From NCBI GenBank assembly GCA_035648055.1, contig DASRMF010000060.1, positions 1,195 through 65,194 of the forward strand: DNA of 64,000 nt. The letters are read 5' to 3'. Of this stretch, positions 21,421 to 32,242 are shown one piece after another (positions within the stretch are counted from its first letter, which is position 1; the number at the start of each line of letters is the position of its first letter). This stretch comes from Atribacterota bacterium (lineage in GTDB: Bacteria; Atribacterota; Phoenicimicrobiia; Phoenicimicrobiales; Phoenicimicrobiaceae). The notes beneath the pieces were generated by a model that saw only the letters and a program-made list of their open reading frames with translations, was not told the origin of the DNA and did not search any database. Position numbers and translations under genes: made by a program.

Positions 21421-22842
21421 TCACAAAATATACCTGCTTAAATCCTCATTTTTGACGATACTTTGTAATTTTTTCTTGACATATTTTTTATCAATAGTAA
21501 ATTGTTTCTTTTTTAAACCAGGAGCGTTAAAAGAAATATCTTCCAATAATTTTTCTAAAACAGTATACAGTCTTCTTGCCCCAATATTTTCTGTCTGTTC
21601 GTTCACCAAAAAAGAAGCTTCAGCAATCTCGTCAATAGCGTCATCTGTAATTTCAATCTTCAAACCTTCGGTAGCAAGTAAAGCTTTGTATTGTTTTATT
21701 AGTGAATTACAGGGTTCAGTTAATATTTTTTTTAAATCTTCTTTATTTAAAATATTTAATTCAACCCTAATAGGGAAACGTCCTTGTAATTCAGGTATTA
21801 AATCAGAAGGCTTTGAAGTGGTAAAAGCACCGGCAGCTATAAATAAAACATGGTCGGTCTTTACTGCTCCATGTTTAGTCATAACTGTTGAACCTTCAAT
21901 AATAGGTAATATATCTCTTTGAACCCCTCCTCTAGATACATCCGGTCCGTATGATTTTTCCTGACCGGCAATTTTATCGATTTCATCGATAAAAACAATC
22001 CCTAAATTTTCCACCCTCTCAATAGCAGCTCTAATTACTTCATCCATATCTATCAACTTTTGAGTTTCAGCATAGAGCAATATTTTACGAGCCTCTGCAA
22101 TGGTAACTTTTTGTTTTTTGCTTTTTTGGGGGAACATTCTGCCCATAATATCTTTAAAATTGATACCCATTCCTTCTATTCCGGCATTAGAAAAAACTTC
22201 AACTGTCGACTTAATATTTTCTTCAACTTCGATTTCAATTAGTCTATTTTCCAACTCACCTTTTTCTAACTTATCTTTAAACTTTTTTCTAGTCCTTTCA
22301 AATCTTTCTTCTCTTTCATCTTTTTTTGTTGAAACATCAAAAGATTCTTTCTTATCTTCTTCTTCAGTTCCAGAATAAGACGAATCATTCAATAAATTTG
22401 TCTTTTGCTCTCTTCTTTTCTTTGATACCGGGAATAAATAATCTATTATTTTTTCATCGACTAACTGTTTTGCTTTATCTTCTATCTTACTGGCCCATTC
22501 TTTACGAACCAGTTGAACACCTACCTCTGTTAGATCTCTAATTATAGAGTCTACATCTCTTCCTACATAACCTACTTCGGTAAATTTTGTTGCTTCAACT
22601 TTTACAAAAGGGGCTTTAACTAATTTTGATAATCTTTTAACAATTTCTGTTTTTCCAACTCCGGTAGGCCCGATCATTATAATATTTTTTGGAGTGACCT
22701 CGTCTATCAATTCCGGGGATAATTTTTGTCTTCTAATTCTATTTCGTAAAGCGATAGCTACTGCTTTTTTGGCATTATCTTGCCCGATTATATATTTATT
22801 AAGTTCAGAAACAATTTGTGAAGGTGTCAGGTCGTTAATCAA
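21421..22842 (-). CDS. hslU: ATP-dependent protease ATPase subunit HslU
   Basis: 473 aa. Walker A motif GPTGVGKT. HslU family. Confidence 0.92.
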   Translation of the reverse strand: MINDLTPSQIVSELNKYIIGQDNAKKAVAIALRNRIRRQKLSPELIDEVTPKNIIMIGPTGVGKTEIVKRLSKLVKAPFVKVEATKFTEVGYVGRDVDSIIRDLTEVGVQLVRKEWASKIEDKAKQLVDEKIIDYLFPVSKKRREQKTNLLNDSSYSGTEEEDKKESFDVSTKKDEREERFERTRKKFKDKLEKGELENRLIEIEVEENIKSTVEVFSNAGIEGMGINFKDIMGRMFPQKSKKQKVTIAEARKILLYAETQKLIDMDEVIRAAIERVENLGIVFIDEIDKIAGQEKSYGPDVSRGGVQRDILPIIEGSTVMTKHGAVKTDHVLFIAAGAFTTSKPSDLIPELQGRFPIRVELNILNKEDLKKILTEPCNSLIKQYKALLATEGLKIEITDDAIDEIAEASFLVNEQTENIGARRLYTVLEKLLEDISFNAPGLKKKQFTIDKKYVKKKLQSIVKNEDLSRYIL

Positions 22843-22861
22843 TTATGGTTCCTCCTTTCTA

Positions 22862-23389
22862 TTATAATTTTTCTACTGATATTTTATCGTTAGTATAGAT
22901 ACAAATTGAAGCAGCAATCTTTAGTGATTCTAAAGCTATTTCGGGAGCAGATAAATTTGAATATTTAACCAAAGCCTTTGCTGCCGCAAATGCATAAGGA
23001 CCACCTGATCCGATAGCCGCGATATTATCATCCGGTTCTATTATATCACCAGTTCCGGAAACTATAAATATATGATCCTTATCCGCAACAATTAATATCG
23101 CTTCTAATTTTCTTAATATTTTATCAGTTCGCCACTCTTTGGCCAAAGAAATAACCGCCTTAGGTAAATTTCCATGAAGTTCTTCTATCTTCTTTTCAAA
23201 TTTTTCAAATAGAGTCATGGCATCTGCAGTTGCTCCGGCAAATCCGGTAAGTACTTTATCATCATAAAGTTTTCGTATTTTTTTAGTATTATTTTTCATA
23301 ATAGTATTTCCCATACTTATCTGGCCGTCACCGGAAATAGCTACTCCGCCTTTATGCTTTATTGCTAAGATTGTAGTTCCTTTAAACAT
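22862..23389 (-). CDS. hslV: ATP-dependent protease subunit HslV
   Basis: 175 aa. N-terminal TTILA (Thr nucleophile). HslV family. Confidence 0.92.
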   Translation of the reverse strand: MFKGTTILAIKHKGGVAISGDGQISMGNTIMKNNTKKIRKLYDDKVLTGFAGATADAMTLFEKFEKKIEELHGNLPKAVISLAKEWRTDKILRKLEAILIVADKDHIFIVSGTGDIIEPDDNIAAIGSGGPYAFAAAKALVKYSNLSAPEIALESLKIAASICIYTNDKISVEKL

Positions 23390-23420
23390 TTTTTATTTCA
23401 TCTCCTTTAAACTTTTAATA

Positions 23421-24329
23421 TTAAGACCTGGGATAAGATTTTTTATAAATTTCCTTTAATCTTTCTTTAGTGATATGAGTGTATATTTGAGTAGTAGATA
23501 AACTCTCATGTCCTAAAAGTTCCTGAACAGAACGTAAATCTGCCCCACCTCCTAAAAGATGTGTAGCAAATGAATGCCTTAAAACGTGTGGACTTATCTT
23601 TTTATTAAAACCAGCTATTTTCATGTATTTAATGATAAGTCTACGTATGCTTCTTGCTGATAGTCTTCCTCCAAAACGATTTAATAATAATGCATTTTGG
23701 TCATTTTTGTCTATAGATATATTTTTTCTAAATATATTTCTAACGGTTAAATATTTTTTTACAGCCTTTATGCTCGGATTTCCCAAAGGGAGAATTCTTT
23801 CCTTTGAACCCTTTCCAAATACTCTCACAGTTTTCTCATACAGGTCTATATCGTGAATACTCAAATTAACCAGTTCTCCAACCCTCATCCCGGTGCCATA
23901 AAGCAATTCAAGGATTGCTTTATCTCTAATTCCTAATATTGTCTGCCCGGGCGGTGTTTCGATAAGTTTGTTAATTTCTTCTAAATATAAAAAAGAAGGT
24001 AACTTCTTGACAATCTTAGGTGTTATTAGATTGATAGTCGGATTAATATCTACCATACCTTCTCTTGAAAGAAATTTAAAGAAAGAACGGATGGTAGATA
24101 TTTTTCTGCAAATACTTCTTACCGAATAATCACACTTCTTTAAATATACAATATATTTTCGCATGATACTATGGTCAATATATTTTATACTATCTCCCTT
24201 TATTATTTTATAATCCTTTAAAAAGTTTAACAATTGTAATAAATCGTTTTTATAGGAAATAATAGTATTATTGGAATAATTTTTTTCATTCCTTAGAAAA
24301 GAAATATACGAATTTATATGTTCCTTCAA
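23421..24329 (-). CDS. xerC: Tyrosine recombinase XerC/CodV
   Basis: 302 aa. C-terminal R..HxxR..Y catalytic motifs (HVLRHSFATHLL ... LGHESLSTTQIYTH). Lies in a Bacillus-like topA-codV-hslVU arrangement. Confidence 0.85.
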   Translation of the reverse strand: MKEHINSYISFLRNEKNYSNNTIISYKNDLLQLLNFLKDYKIIKGDSIKYIDHSIMRKYIVYLKKCDYSVRSICRKISTIRSFFKFLSREGMVDINPTINLITPKIVKKLPSFLYLEEINKLIETPPGQTILGIRDKAILELLYGTGMRVGELVNLSIHDIDLYEKTVRVFGKGSKERILPLGNPSIKAVKKYLTVRNIFRKNISIDKNDQNALLLNRFGGRLSARSIRRLIIKYMKIAGFNKKISPHVLRHSFATHLLGGGADLRSVQELLGHESLSTTQIYTHITKERLKEIYKKSYPRS

Positions 24330-24420
24330 ATTTAAACACTCCTCCTTTTTTTCTTTTTTTGAGGAACAAATTCTCTTTTTCGAAATAAATTACCATTTAA
24401 ATTCCAAGTGCTCTCTTAAA

Positions 24421-26523
24421 TTATGATTTATCCTCTTTTTTAAATTCTTTATAATCACAATCGGAATTACTGCACTTGAAATAAAGTCCGTTTTTCTTAT
24501 TATTACTTATTACTAAAATGGAGTTACATTGTGGGCATCTTTTATTAATCGGCTTATTCCAGGTTACAAAAGTACATTTAGGGTAAAGGCTGCACCCATA
24601 GAACACCCTCCCCTTTTTGGTCTTTTTTCTAATAATCTCACCCGAACAGCCCTCCTCGGGACAGGAGATACCAATTTTATCTAAAAAAGGTTTTGTATTT
24701 TTACATTTTGGGAATCCCGAACAAGCTAAAAATTTACCGAAACGTCCATTTTTTATTAACATTTTACTGCTACATTTATCACATATTTCATCGCTGAATA
24801 TTTTTGGCATTTCAATTTTTTGCGCCTGACTTCCTTTTTCCAAATCCTTGGAAAATGCCTTGTAAAATTTATCTAAGACATTTTCCCACTTTTTTTTATC
24901 AGATTCGACTTCGTCGAGCTGCTTTTCCATTTTTGCAGTAAAGGCAACATTTACAATATCGGAAAAATATTGAACTAAAAAAGAGTTTACCGTAATTCCT
25001 AATTCTGTAGGTCTAAATTTTTTATCAACTTTTTCCACATATGTTCGATATTGCAAGGTGCTTATAGTCGGTACGTATGTACTGGGTCGCCCTATTCCTT
25101 CTTTTTCTAATCTTTTTACCAGGCTGGCTTCTGTGTATCTCGGAGAAGGTTTGGTAAAAGATTGATTTTCCTTAATTTTTAACAACTTAAGCTTATCTTT
25201 TTCTTTAAGATTAGGGATTTTATCTAAATCCTTATTGTTTTGGTCATAGAGAACCATATATCCCTTAAACAGTGTCTTAGAGCCGGAAGTTCTAAAAATA
25301 TACCTTCCTGATTTTATATCTATAGTAATTTTTTCCAGATAAGCAGCTTTCATTCTGCTCGCTACAAATCTTTGCCAGATTAAATTATATAATTTATATT
25401 GGTCATTAGTTAAATATTTTCTAATTGATTCCGGGAGATTAAATACATAGGTAGGCCTGATGGATTCATGAGCATCTTGAATCTTTACATTTTTTATTTT
25501 ATTTTTTCCTATTTTTAAATTTTGAGATAATTCAGCAAAATCTTTACCGTAATGTTCTTCAATATATTTTTTCGCTTCACTCTTTGCTTCGTCTGATACT
25601 CTTACTGAGTCCGTACGCATATAGGTAATTAAACCGATATTTCCTTTATTGCCTAAGGTGATACCCTCGTATAATTGTTGGGCTATGAACATAGTTTTTT
25701 TAATGGGAAAATTTAATTTATTATATGCATCTTGCTGTAAAGTACTGGTAGTAAACGATGGTTGCGGATTTTTCGATTCTTTCTTTTTGTTTATACTTTT
25801 AACATAGATTTCCTGATTTTTTACTTCTTCACAAATTGTTGCGGCTTCTTCTTTAGTATTAATAGTTGCTTTTTTAGAATTTATGGAGAAAAGTTTTGCC
25901 TCAAAAGGTTCTGCCTTTTCATCTTCTATTTTTCTAAACAAAGCATTTATTGTCCAGTATTCTTCTATTTTAAATTTAGTTATTTCTTCTTCTCTTTCGC
26001 ATATTAAGCGTAATGTTACAGATTGCACTCTTCCTGCACTTAGTTTTTTTCCAATCTTTTTCCATAACAATGGACTAATCTTATAACCAACTAATCTATC
26101 TAATAATCTCCTGGCTTTTTGGGAGTTAACCATATTAAGGTTAATCTCCCTTGGATTTTTAATGGACTGAGATACGGCTTTTTCAGTTATTTCATTAAAA
26201 CTAACTCTGCTTTTTGCATCCTTAATATTTAATTTTTGAGCAATATGCCAGGCAATTGCTTCACCTTCTCTATCCGGATCAGTAGCTAAAAATACTTTTT
26301 CTTTACCTTTAATGCTTTCTTGTAATTCTTTCAATGCCTTTCTTTGTTTAGGAATAACCACATATTCCGGCTTAAAGTTATTTTCAATATCTATCCCTAA
26401 TTTTGTTTTAGGCAAATCTATTAAATGACCCTTGCTTGATTTGATGGTATAATCCTTACCCAATATTTTTTTTAATGTTTTTTCTTTGGTTGGTGATTCA
26501 ACTATCACCAGATATTTTGCCAT
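24421..26523 (-). CDS. topA: DNA topoisomerase I
   Basis: 700 aa. Toprim/topo IA core plus C-terminal Cys4 zinc-ribbon repeats. Confidence 0.92.
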   Translation of the reverse strand: MAKYLVIVESPTKEKTLKKILGKDYTIKSSKGHLIDLPKTKLGIDIENNFKPEYVVIPKQRKALKELQESIKGKEKVFLATDPDREGEAIAWHIAQKLNIKDAKSRVSFNEITEKAVSQSIKNPREINLNMVNSQKARRLLDRLVGYKISPLLWKKIGKKLSAGRVQSVTLRLICEREEEITKFKIEEYWTINALFRKIEDEKAEPFEAKLFSINSKKATINTKEEAATICEEVKNQEIYVKSINKKKESKNPQPSFTTSTLQQDAYNKLNFPIKKTMFIAQQLYEGITLGNKGNIGLITYMRTDSVRVSDEAKSEAKKYIEEHYGKDFAELSQNLKIGKNKIKNVKIQDAHESIRPTYVFNLPESIRKYLTNDQYKLYNLIWQRFVASRMKAAYLEKITIDIKSGRYIFRTSGSKTLFKGYMVLYDQNNKDLDKIPNLKEKDKLKLLKIKENQSFTKPSPRYTEASLVKRLEKEGIGRPSTYVPTISTLQYRTYVEKVDKKFRPTELGITVNSFLVQYFSDIVNVAFTAKMEKQLDEVESDKKKWENVLDKFYKAFSKDLEKGSQAQKIEMPKIFSDEICDKCSSKMLIKNGRFGKFLACSGFPKCKNTKPFLDKIGISCPEEGCSGEIIRKKTKKGRVFYGCSLYPKCTFVTWNKPINKRCPQCNSILVISNNKKNGLYFKCSNSDCDYKEFKKEDKS

Positions 26524-26551
26524 TTTTTATTCCTTGTAAACCTTTTTGTTA

Positions 26552-27658
26552 TTATTTTCTTTTCAATCGGTTAAAAATATCTTGCGGCCACGAAGGTAAT
26601 ATTATTGCACCATAAGGGCAATGTTCTTCACAGCAAAAGCAAGAAATGCATTTCTTTCTATCCGCTTCGGGATATTTATCGGATAAATTCATTGCAGAAA
26701 CAGGGCAAACTTCAATACATTTTTTGCATATTTTACATTTATTATGATTTACTATCGGCTTAACTGACGCTAAATTAAATATATGGGGGACCGCTGTTTT
26801 TCTTATTCTTTGTAAAATACCATTATTTGGTGTCTTAAACCCCGGAATTACTTCTAATTCTCCATCAATAATTATGTTGGAGATATCTGTCTCCCCTAAA
26901 TTTCTTTCTTTGGCAACCTGTAATAGCTCAATTGTAGCAGGCTTAAGCCCCATCATGGCAGCCATAACAGAATCAAGAGAAATGCCATCATCGCTGCTTA
27001 ATATTTTATTTATAACTCGTATTTTCCCATTAGTAGGTCCGACACCTTCCATACCGGTTATAGCATCCATGATATTTAAATCAGGAATTCTTATCTGATA
27101 AATATCTACTAAAAGTTCAGCAAATCCTTTAATGGAGCGACCATAGGTATGTAATTTTGCCTTCTTTCCTCCCGGAATAATACCGAACATGTTTTTTATG
27201 GCACCGGTAATAGTAGTTAAACTGTGAGTTTTAAATTTTGGAACATTAATAACATAATCTGCTTCTATAACTATTTTTGAAATAAATAATTCTTCAATAA
27301 ATTTTGACTCTACCTTTACCTCGACTACTTCCCTGGCAATATTTCTGTAGCAGCCGTCAGAAGCATCTAATATTCCGGTAATTTTTGCTATTTTTAAGGG
27401 GTCAAAGTGAATACTCCCGGAATTATCTCCCACTATTATTTCTTTAGATCCACACTTTTTTAATTCCTGCACAATTGCAGATATTACTCTTGGTTCAGTA
27501 GTCACCCCTCTCTCCGGAGGGAATGGTCCTAATAGATTTGGCTTTACTAAGACTTTTTTATCTTTTACTTTATCCCTTACCCCAAATATCTCAAAAACAT
27601 TTTTTATTATTTCGGATATTTCATTATTTTGTGTATCACTGATTATGACTTTGGACAT
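26552..27658 (-). CDS. DUF362 domain protein fused to a 2x[4Fe-4S] ferredoxin domain
   Basis: 368 aa. The C-terminus has CKICKKCIEVCP and CISCFCCEEHCP clusters. The N-terminal ~280 aa matches DUF362. Confidence 0.7.
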   Translation of the reverse strand: MSKVIISDTQNNEISEIIKNVFEIFGVRDKVKDKKVLVKPNLLGPFPPERGVTTEPRVISAIVQELKKCGSKEIIVGDNSGSIHFDPLKIAKITGILDASDGCYRNIAREVVEVKVESKFIEELFISKIVIEADYVINVPKFKTHSLTTITGAIKNMFGIIPGGKKAKLHTYGRSIKGFAELLVDIYQIRIPDLNIMDAITGMEGVGPTNGKIRVINKILSSDDGISLDSVMAAMMGLKPATIELLQVAKERNLGETDISNIIIDGELEVIPGFKTPNNGILQRIRKTAVPHIFNLASVKPIVNHNKCKICKKCIEVCPVSAMNLSDKYPEADRKKCISCFCCEEHCPYGAIILPSWPQDIFNRLKRK

Positions 27659-27668
27659 ATTTTCTCTT

Positions 27669-28280
27669 TCAACTTTGTTTTTTAATTTCGACTTTTTCTC
27701 CGATTTTTCTTTCTTTCTTGGATTTTAATCTTTTAATATTCCCTTTATGTTTAAAAATACCGATAATCAAAATTATCGCACTAAATACAATATACTCATA
27801 AGGCTGCTTAAACAAAATTGTAAAAATTAAAATTGAAATTAGCGCACAAATAGATGATAAGGAGGCATATTTTGAAGTTATTAAAACAACCCCCCAGACC
27901 GTTACTGCTAAAATTGATATCGTTGGATTAAGAGCAAGTACAACTCCAAACGTAGTAGCTATCCCTTTCCCGCCCTTAAAACCGAGAAATAAAGACCAGT
28001 CATGGCCACATATAACTGCTAACCCTGCAATAGCCAATATTAATGAACTATCAATATTAAAATATTTTACTAAATAGATAGATAAAATACCCTTGCCGAC
28101 ATCACCAATTATTACTAAAGAAGCTAACAGAGGCCCCAATGTCCTAAGAACGTTGCTTGCCCCTATATTTCCACTTCCGAATTCTCTTATATCTACTTTC
28201 TTAAATAATTTACCCATAATATAACCAAAAGGTAGGGAACCCAAAAGATAACAGATCGTAATAATTAAAACAATCTTCAT
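27669..28280 (-). CDS. plsY: Glycerol-3-phosphate acyltransferase PlsY
   Basis: 203 aa membrane protein. Conserved LGSLPFGYI and GSGNIGASNVLR motifs. Confidence 0.9.
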   Translation of the reverse strand: MKIVLIITICYLLGSLPFGYIMGKLFKKVDIREFGSGNIGASNVLRTLGPLLASLVIIGDVGKGILSIYLVKYFNIDSSLILAIAGLAVICGHDWSLFLGFKGGKGIATTFGVVLALNPTISILAVTVWGVVLITSKYASLSSICALISILIFTILFKQPYEYIVFSAIILIIGIFKHKGNIKRLKSKKERKIGEKVEIKKQS

Positions 28281-28281
28281 A

Positions 28282-29637
28282 CTATTTCCTTCCTTCCTTT
28301 TTTTTCGCTAAGTTAATGATTACAGGCGAACCTTCAAACCCAAATGTTTCATAAAATTTATTTTCTAAATATCTCTGGTAAGAAGCATACATTAATTTAG
28401 GATTATTTACAAACAATAGAAATTTAGGAGGTCTTATCCCCATTTGAGTAGCATATTTAATTTTTAATGTATTCCCTCTTACATATTTTGGGGTATTTTT
28501 AAAAATAACTTCTTTTATAAAAGCATTCAATGCCGGAGTAGGGATTTTTTTACTATATTGTAAGGAAACTTCTTTAATTTTTGAAATAATTTTATCAATA
28601 TTGTAACCTGTTATAGCAGAAGTCATTATCACTGGAGGGTTTTTCATAAAAGACAATTCATATCTTATCTCATCAATAAACAATTCTTTATCTATATTAT
28701 CTTTAATTAAATCGAATTTATTTAATATTATTATACAGGCTTTTCTTTCATTTTGGATAAAATTTGCCATTTTTTTATCTTGCATACTTACTCCTTGAGT
28801 AGCGTCCAATATCAATAACACTATATCTGAATTATGTACCGCTTCAAAGGTTCTTAACGTACTGTAATATTCAACATCCTCTTTCGGTTTCGCCTTGCCT
28901 CTCAAGCCTGCGGTATCGATAAATATTAACTTTAGTAAATCATGTTTAAAAATTATTTCAATAGCATCTCTGGTGGTGCCTGGTTGTTCGCTGACTATAA
29001 TTCTATCTTCTCCTAAAATACGATTTAACAAACTTGATTTTCCTACATTGGGTTTTCCAATAATTGATATTTTTATAATGTCCTCTTCTTCTTCCGGTTC
29101 TGCTTCTGCTTCTGGAATACAGGATACTATTTTATCTAATAAATCATCAACCTTTAACCCGTGTTCTGCTGAAATAATATAGGGATCTCCGAATCCCAAT
29201 TCGTAAAATTCATATAATTTTAAGTCACTTCCCGTTACATCTCCCTTGTTAGCTACCAGGATACTTGTTTTATTTTTTTCTCTAATTGCTTTAGCCACCT
29301 TAAAATCATCCGGATTTATTCCCTCTTTGATATCGACCAATAATATAATTAAGTCTGCTTCTTCAATAGCCAATTTAGTCTGAAGAGTTATTTTTTTTTG
29401 CATTTCTTCTTTTTTTATAAAATCCACGCCTCCGGTATCTACCAGAATAAATTGCTTTCCTTTCCATTTACATTCTGCATATATCCTATCTCTGGTAATT
29501 CCGGGTTCGTTCTCAACAATAGCGGTTCTTTTTTTAGTGATTCTATTAAATAGGGTCGATTTCCCCACATTTATCCTTCCGACAATAGCAACAACAGGTT
29601 TTCTCAAAATATAACTCCTAACTTTTATAAAATACAA
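28282..29637 (-). CDS. der: GTPase Der (EngA)
   Basis: 451 aa with two tandem GTPase domains (GRINVGKST, GKPNVGKSS) and a KH-like C-terminus. The N-terminus may be ~12 aa shorter than the ORF. Confidence 0.9.
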   Translation of the reverse strand: MYFIKVRSYILRKPVVAIVGRINVGKSTLFNRITKKRTAIVENEPGITRDRIYAECKWKGKQFILVDTGGVDFIKKEEMQKKITLQTKLAIEEADLIILLVDIKEGINPDDFKVAKAIREKNKTSILVANKGDVTGSDLKLYEFYELGFGDPYIISAEHGLKVDDLLDKIVSCIPEAEAEPEEEEDIIKISIIGKPNVGKSSLLNRILGEDRIIVSEQPGTTRDAIEIIFKHDLLKLIFIDTAGLRGKAKPKEDVEYYSTLRTFEAVHNSDIVLLILDATQGVSMQDKKMANFIQNERKACIIILNKFDLIKDNIDKELFIDEIRYELSFMKNPPVIMTSAITGYNIDKIISKIKEVSLQYSKKIPTPALNAFIKEVIFKNTPKYVRGNTLKIKYATQMGIRPPKFLLFVNNPKLMYASYQRYLENKFYETFGFEGSPVIINLAKKKEGRK

Positions 29638-29680
29638 AGTAATAAGTAATGAGCTTAAATTTTCTAAATCGTAAAAGCAG

Positions 29681-30340
29681 TTATTTATTCATAATATTTT
29701 TTATTTTCCTTATGGTCATTTCAGGATTTGCACTTTTAGATATGATTTGACCAGCCACAATTACTTCTGCTCCGGCTTTGATTACCTTAGAAATATTATC
29801 TAAATTTATTCCGCCATCAACTTCTAAACTTATCAATTTTTTTTGATTATCTATTATTTTTCTCGCCCTTCCTATTTTAGTAATCATCTCCGGTATAAAT
29901 TTTTGCCCGCCAAAACCCGGATTAACGGTCATTAATAATAATATATCTATTTTATTAATTAAATATTCAATAACACTTAAAGTTGTTGCCGGGTTTAGAG
30001 CAATGCCGGATTTTACACCAGCATCATTGATAGTTTGGATAAGTTTGTCAAGGTGTTTAGATGTTTCGTAATGTACAACTATAATATCTCCACCCGCATC
30101 AATAAATGATTTAATCTGATTCTCCGGTTTTTCTACCATCAGATGAACTTCCAAAGGAAGAGATGTTATGCTTTTTATTGATTCTACTATCCTGGGGCCA
30201 AAAGAAATATTCGGTACAAAATTTCCATCCATAATGTCTAAGTGAAGTAAGTCTGCCCCTCCGTTTTCTATTTTTTTTAATTCTCTTTCCAAATGGGCAA
30301 AATCTACATCCAAAATTGAGGGAGCTAATTTTATTGTCAT
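29681..30340 (-). CDS. rpe: Ribulose-phosphate 3-epimerase
   Basis: 219 aa, RPE family. Confidence 0.9.
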   Translation of the reverse strand: MTIKLAPSILDVDFAHLERELKKIENGGADLLHLDIMDGNFVPNISFGPRIVESIKSITSLPLEVHLMVEKPENQIKSFIDAGGDIIVVHYETSKHLDKLIQTINDAGVKSGIALNPATTLSVIEYLINKIDILLLMTVNPGFGGQKFIPEMITKIGRARKIIDNQKKLISLEVDGGINLDNISKVIKAGAEVIVAGQIISKSANPEMTIRKIKNIMNK

Positions 30341-30398
30341 AATTACAACACCACCTATTTATATAAATAATTGTACATTCTAAAAACCTTTGTCATCA

Positions 30399-31934
30399 CT
30401 AATACAGCCATAATTTACGATCAAGACTTCTATATTGAATAGCTTCGGATAAATGAGAAATCTCTATCTTCTCAGATAGTTCTAAATCAGCTATGGTTCG
30501 GGCTACTTTTAGTATACGGTCATAAGCACGGGTACTCAAATTTAACTTTTCCATAGCCTTGTAAAGTAAATTTTTAGCATTATCATCGATATTGCAATAT
30601 TTTTTAATCTGTTTTTTGGTCATTTGGGCATTACAAAAAATACCATCTTCATTATATCTTTCCCTTTGTATTTTTCTTGCATCTTCCACTCTTTCTCTTA
30701 TGGTATAAGAGTTTTCCTCAGAATCTTTCTCCATAACTTCTCTACAATTTACCCGAGGGACTTCAATGTGAATGTCAATTCGATCTAAAAATGGTCCCGA
30801 TATCTTTGAACGGTATTTAACGATTTGAGATGAACTACAGGTGCAAACTTTAACCGGATCACCGTAAAAACCGCAAGGACAAGGATTTAGTGACGCTATC
30901 AGCATAAAAGAAGAGGTGTAGCTAACAGAACTTAGAGAACGTGAAATAGTGACTATCCCATCTTCCAGAGGCTGACGTAGAGATGCTAAAGCACTTCGGG
31001 AAAATTCCGGTAATTCGTCTAAAAATAGTACACCATTATGAGCCAGGCTAATTTCTCCCGGTTTGGGCATCCTGCCTCCTCCGATTAATCCAACATTACT
31101 TATTGTATGATGGGGGGACCTAAACGGTCTCTCCGTAACTAAAGGGACATTCGTTGGAAGCAAATTGGCAATACTATATAATTTGGTAATTTCTATAGAT
31201 TCTTCCAGTGTTAAAGAAGGAAGGATGGTTGGAAGTCTACGTGCCAGCATGGTTTTCCCCGAGCCTGGCGGACCAATCATGATAACATTATGGCTTCCAG
31301 CCGCAGCTACTTCTAGGGCCCTTTTGGCATGTTCCTGCCCTTTAACCTCGGCAAAATCTACTTGATTGTTTCTGCTTAGTTTAAAAATTTCCTCTAAATC
31401 TACTGATACCGGTTCAATGGATACTTTTTTATCTAAGAATTCAATTACTTCGTAAAGCGAACTAACAGGAAACACTTTTAATTCTGTAATTATCCCAGCT
31501 TCTTCAGCATTTGCTTTAGGAACAAGTAATTTATTTTTACTAATATTTTTTGCCATCAAAGCAATGGGAAGCATACCATTTACCGGTTTTATGCTTCCAT
31601 CTAAAGATAATTCACCCATAATCAGATATTCATTTAATAAATCCGGCTTAACTTGCTTACTGGCAACCAAAATTGCCAGAGCAATAGATAGGTCAAAAAT
31701 GGGTCCTTCTTTTTTGATATCCGCTGGAGCAAGATTTACCGTAATTCTTTGCATGGGAAATTCGAATTCAGAATTTCTTATGGCAGCCCTAACTCTTTCT
31801 CTGGATTCCTGAACAGCCGTATCGGGCAATCCTACGATATTAAAAGAAGGCAATCCTGGATGAATATCAACTTCTATTTCTACCATAAAAGCTTCTACTC
31901 CGAATATAGCCGCACTATACAATTTGGATAACAA
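30399..31934 (-). CDS. comM: YifB/ComM family Mg-chelatase-like AAA+ ATPase. Start re-assigned to the TTG at 31934, so the track ORF to 32042 over-extends.
   Basis: With the TTG start the N-terminus [24 protein letters not shown] matches YifB. AGGTG RBS lies 6 nt upstream. The extra upstream ORF codons are a translation of the intergenic repeat DNA. Confidence 0.85.
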   Translation of the reverse strand: MLSKLYSAAIFGVEAFMVEIEVDIHPGLPSFNIVGLPDTAVQESRERVRAAIRNSEFEFPMQRITVNLAPADIKKEGPIFDLSIALAILVASKQVKPDLLNEYLIMGELSLDGSIKPVNGMLPIALMAKNISKNKLLVPKANAEEAGIITELKVFPVSSLYEVIEFLDKKVSIEPVSVDLEEIFKLSRNNQVDFAEVKGQEHAKRALEVAAAGSHNVIMIGPPGSGKTMLARRLPTILPSLTLEESIEITKLYSIANLLPTNVPLVTERPFRSPHHTISNVGLIGGGRMPKPGEISLAHNGVLFLDELPEFSRSALASLRQPLEDGIVTISRSLSSVSYTSSFMLIASLNPCPCGFYGDPVKVCTCSSSQIVKYRSKISGPFLDRIDIHIEVPRVNCREVMEKDSEENSYTIRERVEDARKIQRERYNEDGIFCNAQMTKKQIKKYCNIDDNAKNLLYKAMEKLNLSTRAYDRILKVARTIADLELSEKIEISHLSEAIQYRSLDRKLWLY

Positions 31935-31987
31935 AAAAACACCTACTTTTTTAGAGAATAGTATCGAGTATGGATACAGTAACAAGT

Positions 31988-32017
31988 GATGAGTAATGAG
32001 TGATAAGTAATAAGTTT
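31988..32017. repeat. Purine-rich heptamer array GTGATGA-GTAATGA-GTGATAA-GTAATAA (TAAGTAA family, forward arm)
   Basis: Read from the sequence. Confidence 0.7.
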
Positions 32018-32041
32018 CGTGTTGCAAGTTTTCGCATTTCA

Positions 32042-32120
32042 TTGATAATTAGTTAATTAGTTAGTTGGTTACCTGGTTAATTGGTTATTAAATCAATGCA
32101 TAGGAGTTAACTAACTAATC
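32042..32120. repeat. TTAACYAA-family degenerate tandem repeats (ttagttaattagttagttggttacctggttaattggttatt ... gttaactaactaatc)
   Basis: Read from the sequence. Relatives occur at 3246-3280, 15350-15390, 48875-48925, 50385-50450, 54825-54910, 55755-55805 and 57648-57700. Confidence 0.7.
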
Positions 32121-32136
32121 AAAAAAGGATGTAACG

Positions 32137-32242
32137 TGTGATAAGTAATCTGTAATAGGTGTTTGTTTTTATAATTTCCGAAATTTAAGCTTATCACTTA
32201 TTACTGTATTTTACTATATACTAGATACTAAATACTATATAC
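32137..32242. repeat. Dyad-symmetric intergenic element, copy A
   Basis: Left arm gtgtgataagtaatctgtaatagg, a spacer containing gtttttataat, then right arm cttatcacttattactgtattttac and tail actatatactagatactaaatactatatac. GTGATAAG and CTTATCAC are exact complements. Confidence 0.7.

Noticed and set aside
21416-21922. 168 aa + strand ORF, plus other +-strand ORFs overlapping minus-strand genes (for example 1886-2143, 2791-3081, 8747-9127, 9655-10047, 36490-36801, 44317-44727, 55234-55575)
   Set aside because: All are antisense to well-conserved genes. They have low-complexity hydrophobic or Ser/Phe/Leu-rich translations typical of AT-rich shadow frames, and no RBS.
31935-32042. N-terminal 36 codons of the yifB track ORF ([19 protein letters not shown]...)
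   Set aside because: It translates the intergenic heptamer repeats. YifB homology starts at the TTG at 31934, which has an AGGTG RBS.
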